DNA of 64,000 nucleotides from an uncultured Gemmatimonadales bacterium (GTDB taxonomy: Bacteria; Gemmatimonadota; Gemmatimonadetes; Gemmatimonadales; GWC2-71-9). The notes below the pieces were generated by a model that did no database searches, was not told the origin of the DNA, and saw only the letters and a program-made list of their open reading frames with translations. Location of the stretch: positions 45,598 to 109,597 of the forward strand of contig CAVVKJ010000011.1 in NCBI GenBank assembly GCA_963748815.1, in the 5' to 3' direction. Shown piece by piece: positions 57,891 to 64,000 of this stretch; position 1 is the first letter of the stretch, and each line of letters starts with the position of its first letter. A program made the translations under genes and the position numbers.

Positions 57891-59270
57891 CTAGAACAGG
57901 ATGTCCGTGCCGAGCGAGTAGGTCCACCCGGTCTGGCCGGCGGCGTAGTACCCGAAGCTGGACCCAGTCGGGCTCTTGTAGACGTTGATGGTGTGCAGGT
58001 TGAGCCGCCAGCTCCTGGTGCCCATCGGGTACAAGCTGACGCCGGGCGAGATCTCGTACGGATGCCGCTCGAACTGGTCCCAGACGTAGCCGCCCGACGT
58101 GTACAGCATGACGTGACTCGGCACCACCATGTACCCGAGCTGGGCCTGGAAGCCGCGGTCGGTGACCGAGCGTCAGCGGCAGCGGTCCATCGGCGACGAA
58201 GTCGGAGAGCTTGCGCTGGTAGTACTCCGACTGGAAGCTCCAGCCCCGGTACTTGAGCCCGGCATCGATGGCGAATTCGTTGTAGGCCAGGTACTCGACC
58301 GTCACGCCTGTCGGCCAGCGCCCCGGTCTCGAAGGCGTAGCACGCCGTCGGAAAGTCGGAATTGGGTCTCGTTGGGGTTCGGCTGGGTGAGCGGGGCGGC
58401 GCGGTACTCGTCCGGGGCATAGGCATACGACGACCCCGAACCGCGTGGCGAGCTTCTCGTGGTACTCCAGGTCGCCGAAGCCGCCGCGGGGCCCGAACTC
58501 CCCGGTGGTGGGCATCCACTGCACGCTGGCGCTGTAGGCCATGCCGCGCCCGTCGTTCGCCGCCGTCACACCGAGCTGGCTGAGGTTGGTGTTGACGCCG
58601 GCGGTGTACCAGAAGCGCGACAGCGGCTGCCCGGTGATGAAGACGCCGGAGGAGAAGCCCGCCCGCATGAACTCCTCCGTCATCTGCCGGTCGCTGCCGG
58701 CCCAGAAGGGCCAGGAGCCCTGCATCGAGCGCACGGCGAGGTTCGGGGCCATGCCGACCGCCGAGCGTCAGGGCCGGGCTCACCCGGTACTGGAGGTTGC
58801 CGAACACCAGCGTCTGCTGCGTGGCCCCGAGCGACCAGACCGTGAGGTTGTAGCGCAGGTCGGGAGTGCCGAAGAATCCGGTGAACCAGATCATCGACCG
58901 CTGCCAGTACATGTCGTTCGCGGGCCGCGACGTCGCGCGTACGGCCGAGGTGGTCGGTGAAGGTCTGGTCGCCGGGCGTCTGGTCGATCCAGCGGAACAG
59001 GCCGTACACGCTGATGTTCAGGCTGGCCTCGCCTGGAGGTGAAGAGCTGGAAGCCCTTGCCGGGCGTGAACTCGCCCGCGGTGGTGTTCGCCATCGGCTT
59101 CCGAATGGCGGCCGTGTCGGCGGCGCTGATCCTGGCGGCGTGCTGTCGCGCGGGGTCGGCGACGACTGATGTCCTGCGCGGTAGCCGCGCGAGGGCAGCA
59201 GCCACGAGCGCGGCGAGGAGCGCGCGCCAGGGACCAGAGCAAGCGTACCGACCGACCCGGGATGTGTCAT
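57891..59270 (-). CDS. Outer-membrane beta-barrel protein, paralog of 55533..57038, multiple frameshifts
   Basis: FTPGKGF vs YTPGTGF; WMPTTGEFG..GDLEYHEKLATRF vs WLPTTGEFG..GDFQDHEKLATRF; ends LGTDILF. Confidence 0.7.
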
Positions 59271-59367
59271 GCTGCGGTCTCCTGGCTGGAGGTGCTGAGT
59301 GAGACCGACCCGGCCCGCGCGGGGACGAGGCATGCGCGCCCCGCCCCCGACACGGAGGGGGCCCTGC

Positions 59368-60428
59368 TTACTTGGCACCGAACTGGGCGTAGGGATTCCC
59401 GCCCAGCGCGTTGGAGATGTCCGCGATGGCCAGCTGGGCGCGGACGCTGTTGCCGGCGGCGTCGACCGGCGGCGAGATCACGGCGATGCCGAACTTGCCG
59501 GGCGAGACGGCGATGATGCCGCCGCCCACGCCGCTCTTGGCGGGCAGGCCGGTGTTGAAGAGCCACTTGCCGGCGTCGTCATAGAGGCCGGCGGTGGCCA
59601 TGACCGCGAGCACTTCGGGAACGTCGGCCGACTTCATCACCTGCTTGTTGGTGACCGGGTTCTTGCCGCCGAAGGCCAGCATGGCGGCCATCATCGCCAG
59701 GTCCTTGGCGTTGACGCCGACCGAGCACTGCTCGGTGTAGATGTCCACGGCCTGGAGGGGGTTGTCCTTGATGTAGCCGTAGGCGTACATCAGCATCCCG
59801 ATGGCCTGGTTCCGCTGGTTGGTGGCGGCCTCGGAGTCGTACACGTCCTTGAGGACCGTGAGCTGCCGGCCGGCGGCGGCGTTGTAGAAGTTGGAGATGC
59901 TGCCCCAGATCTCCCCGCGGCTGCTCCCCTTCACCATGCTGGTGGCGGTGATGGCGCCGGGGTTGACCAGCGGGTTCATTTCCGCGGCGCTCTCGAGCTT
60001 CGACCCGCCGAGGCCCTTGTACGACCATTCAATCGAGACGATCGAGTTGAACCGCATGCCGGTCGCGTCCGCCCCGATGGTCGTCAGGATGGCGTCGGGA
60101 CTCTGCTGGTCCATGACCAGCGCCATGGTGAAGACCTTCGAGATCGACTGGATCGACACCTCGGTCTTCAGGTCGCCGGCGGTGTACACCTTGCCGTCGG
60201 CCGTCACCACCGCGATGCCGAACACCTTCGGGTCCACCTTGGCGAGCGCCGGGATGTAGTCGGCGACGGCGCCGTCATTGTTGTTCTTGTACTTGGCGTA
60301 CGCGGCGTCCACCGCCGCCTGGATCTGCGCTGGCGTCTGCGCCGACGGCCGGCCACGGCTGCAGCAGCGTGCGCCGCGAGCGCGAGTCCGAGGGCGCCGC
60401 GGCCGAGTCGGGTCATGAAGCGGGACAT
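59368..60428 (-). CDS. glsA: Glutaminase A with N-terminal signal-like sequence (indels in the 5' region)
   Basis: ADYIPALA, SIQSISKVF, NPLVNPGAI, GLYDDAG, GLPAKSGVGGG; start overlaps upstream stop (TGATG). Confidence 0.93.
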
Positions 60429-61650
60429 CAGTTGCCTCCGAAGGTCTGCTTGAAGGAGTACTTGAACGAGACGGCGACCCGGTTGTCGTTGAAGGTCCAG
60501 TCGTCGGAGAAATTCTCCCGCTGGCCGTAGGTGTACTCGATGCCGGCCAGGACGTTCGGGACCGGGTAGTAGATCAGGTTGACCGCCACGTAGGAGCCGG
60601 CGTGGAAGGCGTCGGCCGACTGCCCGTCGCTGTTGTCGATGTTCGAGGTAGGAGTACCCGAGCGAGCTGGTGAACTTCTCGCTCCAGGTGTGGTCGTAGA
60701 ACGCCACCATGCTCCACATCGGGAGCGCCACGCCGATGATCGGGGAGACCGGATCCGAGAAGTTGTTCTGGATCCCGATGTCCACCGGGGCGTCGTTCAT
60801 GTAGTTCTGGATCCCCTCGCCGTACACGCCCTGCAGCCGGAGCACGTCGGCCTTGCCGATCTTGATGTTGGAGCTCAGGCTGAGGCCCCAGCCGGTGGCG
60901 TCGCCCGACAGGTCGAAGGCGTCGGTGTTCTGGTCTTCCCACTCGATCCGCCGCAGGATGCCGCCGAGCTGGATGTAGCCCCAGTCGTGCGCCGGAGCGG
61001 TACTGGGCGGTCAGGTCGGGCAGCGGGAACTTGGCCGCGACGCCGTCGAGCTCGACGCGGTCGGCGTACTCGCCCTGGTCGGCGCTGGCGCCGGGGTTCT
61101 CCAGCGCGATGTTCAGGAACGACTCCCCCTGGATCGGCGTGTAGCGCACCTGGAGGTTCCGGAAGAAGACCATGCCGTTCGGGCCCCAGTACTCGAGCGT
61201 GTTGGGGAAGACGTCGATGTCCATGAAGGCGCTGTTGTTCTGGCCCGCGCCGAACTTGCCCAGCTGGCCGTAGGCCTTGCGGAGCCGGATGGTGGTCTGG
61301 CCGGCGTCGGACCCGACGCCGAACATGTCGAACTCGAAGATGGTGTAGAGCTCCCCGGCCTTGGTCGGCACCCACGACTGGACGCCGAACCGGCTCTGCC
61401 GGACGCTCATGAACGCGTTGCCGTCCGTCCCGAACTCATCCTCGAAGGCCGGGAGCTTGGTGGGCCGCATCACGTCGTACCAGTCGGGATTGATCCGGTC
61501 GATCTGGAAGCCGAAGTCGAGCTGGGCGAACCCGTAGACGTCGAACTTCGGCTTGGTGGGCGCGTTCTGCGCCGCCGCCGGGACGGCGAACAGGACCAGC
61601 GCCGCGAGGAGCCAGCCCATGGACTGAGGAACACGACGCAGGTATGTCAT
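60428..61650 (-). CDS. DcaP family outer-membrane channel, frameshifts near 60990 and 60650
   Basis: Signal AAA-Q; VYGFAQLD, SVRQSRFG, RLRKAYG, GAGQNNSAFMD, EYWGPNG, ends VSFKYSF. Confidence 0.8.
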
Positions 61651-61819
61651 CTGACCCCTCCGAAATGGTGTGACTAGCTGACGGCGGCGGACGCACCCCG
61701 CGCTCACGGGGTGCCCTCACGCTCCCTTGGAGAGTAGTGCGACCCGGCAGGGCGGTAACCTCGGGATTTTACGGGGCTTGGGGCGGGGAAATTACGAGTG
61801 GCGCGGGGGGGGAAGGGCC

Positions 61820-62470
61820 TCAGAACTCGACCAAACCCTGCTTGATGGCAAAGTGAATCAATTCGGCGTTGGTGTGCACGCCCAGCGTCTCCATCATCTG
61901 GTACTTGTGAAATTCCACCGTCCGGGCCGAAATCCCCATGCTCGATGCGATTTCCTTGGCGGACCGACCCTCGGCCAGCAGCTGGAGGACTTCCCGCTGC
62001 CGCGGGGTGAGCGACGCCACCGGGTCGACGGGCTGGTCGGGCCCCTTCTTGAGCGCGGAGAGGACCTCCCCCGCCATCTGGGGAGTGATGTAGGTCTCCC
62101 CCTTGAGCGCGGCCCGGATGGCCGTGACCAGCTCGTCCGAGGCGGAGTGCTTGAGGACAAACCCGGCCGCCCCCGCCTCCAGCGCGCGCCGCGCGAAGGT
62201 CACGTCCCGATGCATCGTGAGAAACACGACCGGGACGTCGTCTCCCCCCTGCCGCAGCTGGACCAGCGCCTCGATGCCGTTGAGGTGCGGCATCGTGATG
62301 TCCGCGACGATCACGTCCGGTCGCAATTTCGCCGCCGCCGCGACCAGTTCGCGGCCGTCTTCCACCATGCCCACGAGGTCGAACTCCGCGGTCAACAGGC
62401 TCTTCAGCGCCTCGGCCACCAGCAGGTGGTCGTCGGCGAGGAGCAGGCGCGGACGACGTGCGTCGGTCAC
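61820..62470 (-). CDS. NarL/LuxR family response regulator
   Basis: LLADDH, VADITMP, LTPRQREVLQLLAEG, TVEFHK. Confidence 0.95.
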   Translation of the reverse strand: MTDARRPRLLLADDHLLVAEALKSLLTAEFDLVGMVEDGRELVAAAAKLRPDVIVADITMPHLNGIEALVQLRQGGDDVPVVFLTMHRDVTFARRALEAGAAGFVLKHSASDELVTAIRAALKGETYITPQMAGEVLSALKKGPDQPVDPVASLTPRQREVLQLLAEGRSAKEIASSMGISARTVEFHKYQMMETLGVHTNAELIHFAIKQGLVEF

Positions 62471-64000
62471 GACGCCCCCTCCAGCGCCGGCACCCAGGCG
62501 ACGACGGTGGTGCCCTGGCCCGGCGCGCTCTCGATGTCCAGCGTCCCGTTGACCAGTCGGATGCGTTCCCGCATGCTCGCGAGGCCAAGGCTTCTTCCCG
62601 CGCCGCGCCGGTTGGTCACGAACCCCGCGCCGTCGTCCCGCACGGCGAGGAGACAGCCCCCGTCCATGCGGCGAAGCGTCACGCTCGCGGAGCGGGCCTG
62701 GGCGTGACGGGCCACGTTGCTCAGCGCCTCCTGCGCAATGCGAAAGAGACAGAGCGCCGCGTCCTTGCCGAGATCCGCCGAAGGGGCCTCGATGTCCAGC
62801 GCCAGCACCAGCGGTCCCCGGCGCCCGACCCGTTCACATTCGGCGCGCAGCGCCTCGGCCAGCCCGAGTTCCTCCAGGACCGAGGGATGGAGCTGATACG
62901 CGAGGGAGTGGACGTCCTCGCTCAGCCGGATGAGCCCGTCCCGGATGTCGCGCATCGCCTGCGCGTGGGCCGAATCGGGGGCCTCCTTCTCGGCGCGCCC
63001 GGCATCGATCGCCAGCACGGCAAGCCGCTGGGTCACGTCGTCGTGCAGTTCGCGCGCCAGGAGGGCGCGCTCCGCCTCGTGCGCCGCGATGAGGCGCCGG
63101 CTCAGGTGGCCCAGTTCGGCTTCGGCGAGCTTGCGGTCGGTAATGTCGCGCAGGACGCCGAAGGTACGAACGGAGACACGGGTCGCATCGCGTTCGGCCA
63201 CCCGGGCCAAATGGTGAATCCATCGTTCTCCCTTGACCGGATGACGCAAGCGGTACTCGACGGAGACCTCTTCCAGCCTCCCGTCGTGCATCTGGTCCCG
63301 CATCGACAGCACCCGCGGCCGATCCTCGGGATGCAGCTGCTCCATCCAATAGGCCACCGCCTCCAGTCCCCCCTCCCGCTCCGGGGGAATGCCGCACAGC
63401 CGGCGGAACTGTTCGTCGACAAAGGTGGTTCGGGCCGCAAAGTCGACCGTGTAATAGGCCAGGCCCGCCAGCTCGGCACCCGAGGCCAGGCGCTGCTCGG
63501 CCTCCAGGAGCCCGGAGAACATCTCCTGTCGCACCTGTGCCCCGACGATCAATTCGCCGAGCACGCGGAGCCGTGGAATGAGAGCATCCGGCCACTGATT
63601 CTCGTGATGGACGGTGTTGAGAACGATCACGTGCCGGATGATCCCGCCGGACCCGATGGGGAGTGACAGGGCGGACCGGATCGGCATCTGCAGCCACATG
63701 TCCCGTTCGACGGCCGCCTCGGGGGGCAGGTCCTCGATCTTCTCGATCCGGACCGGCACGCGCTCCACGAGGAGCATCCGGCGCGACCAGGGAAAGACCT
63801 CCGCGATGTTGAGTTCCGACGGCACCGGCGGGACGCCCTCGGAATAGGACCCGACCCGGGCGTGGGCCGCCCGATGGTCGGCGCTGACGGAGAGGAGCAC
63901 GCACCGGTCGGCACGAAAGAACTGGCGCACGGCGTCGAGGACGCGCTCGATGACGGCGTCCAGCTGTTCTGGCGGGGCGGAGAGGAGGGAGGCGGATGCG
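62467..64000 (-). CDS. Sensor histidine kinase (GAF-PAS-HisKA_3-HATPase), 5'-truncated by window edge
   Basis: LHPEDR PAS, LARELHDD, QEALSNVARH, DDGAGF, GLASMRER, PGQGT. Confidence 0.93.
   Translation of the reverse strand, partial: ASASLLSAPPEQLDAVIERVLDAVRQFFRADRCVLLSVSADHRAAHARVGSYSEGVPPVPSELNIAEVFPWSRRMLLVERVPVRIEKIEDLPPEAAVERDMWLQMPIRSALSLPIGSGGIIRHVIVLNTVHHENQWPDALIPRLRVLGELIVGAQVRQEMFSGLLEAEQRLASGAELAGLAYYTVDFAARTTFVDEQFRRLCGIPPEREGGLEAVAYWMEQLHPEDRPRVLSMRDQMHDGRLEEVSVEYRLRHPVKGERWIHHLARVAERDATRVSVRTFGVLRDITDRKLAEAELGHLSRRLIAAHEAERALLARELHDDVTQRLAVLAIDAGRAEKEAPDSAHAQAMRDIRDGLIRLSEDVHSLAYQLHPSVLEELGLAEALRAECERVGRRGPLVLALDIEAPSADLGKDAALCLFRIAQEALSNVARHAQARSASVTLRRMDGGCLLAVRDDGAGFVTNRRGAGRSLGLASMRERIRLVNGTLDIESAPGQGTTVVAWVPALEGAS

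Overview
A GC-rich (~70% by eye) bacterial chromosomal window. Gene content and style suggest Gemmatimonadota, which is an inference and was not tested. Main blocks: cspA, a site-2 protease, a YyaL-like gene and a fatty-acid desaturase; a MarR-nitroreductase-pirin module with two matching operators; a complete Thermus-order V/A-type ATPase operon (G-I-K-E-C-F-A-B-D); a small stress operon; a large secreted protein with five repeats of a subtilase-prodomain-like module; a clade II nitrous-oxide reductase cluster (cytochrome c, nosZ, B, L, D, F, Y) with a divergent Fe-S Rrf2 regulator, bracketed by two direct copies of a composite repeat element; sahR-ahcY; an envelope operon (M1 peptidase, L,D-transpeptidase, beta-lactamase-like serine hydrolase); kynU/kynA; ada; glutamine synthetase III. 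The right end holds a locus with a two-component system, a DcaP-like porin, a signal-peptide-bearing glutaminase, three more outer-membrane-type genes and an AspT-family antiporter without a decarboxylase. Many conserved genes carry single-base frameshifts, most simply explained as long-read indel errors. Intergenic spaces hold several families of short palindromic and G-rich repeats. No rRNA, tRNA, CRISPR array, transposase or prophage was seen.
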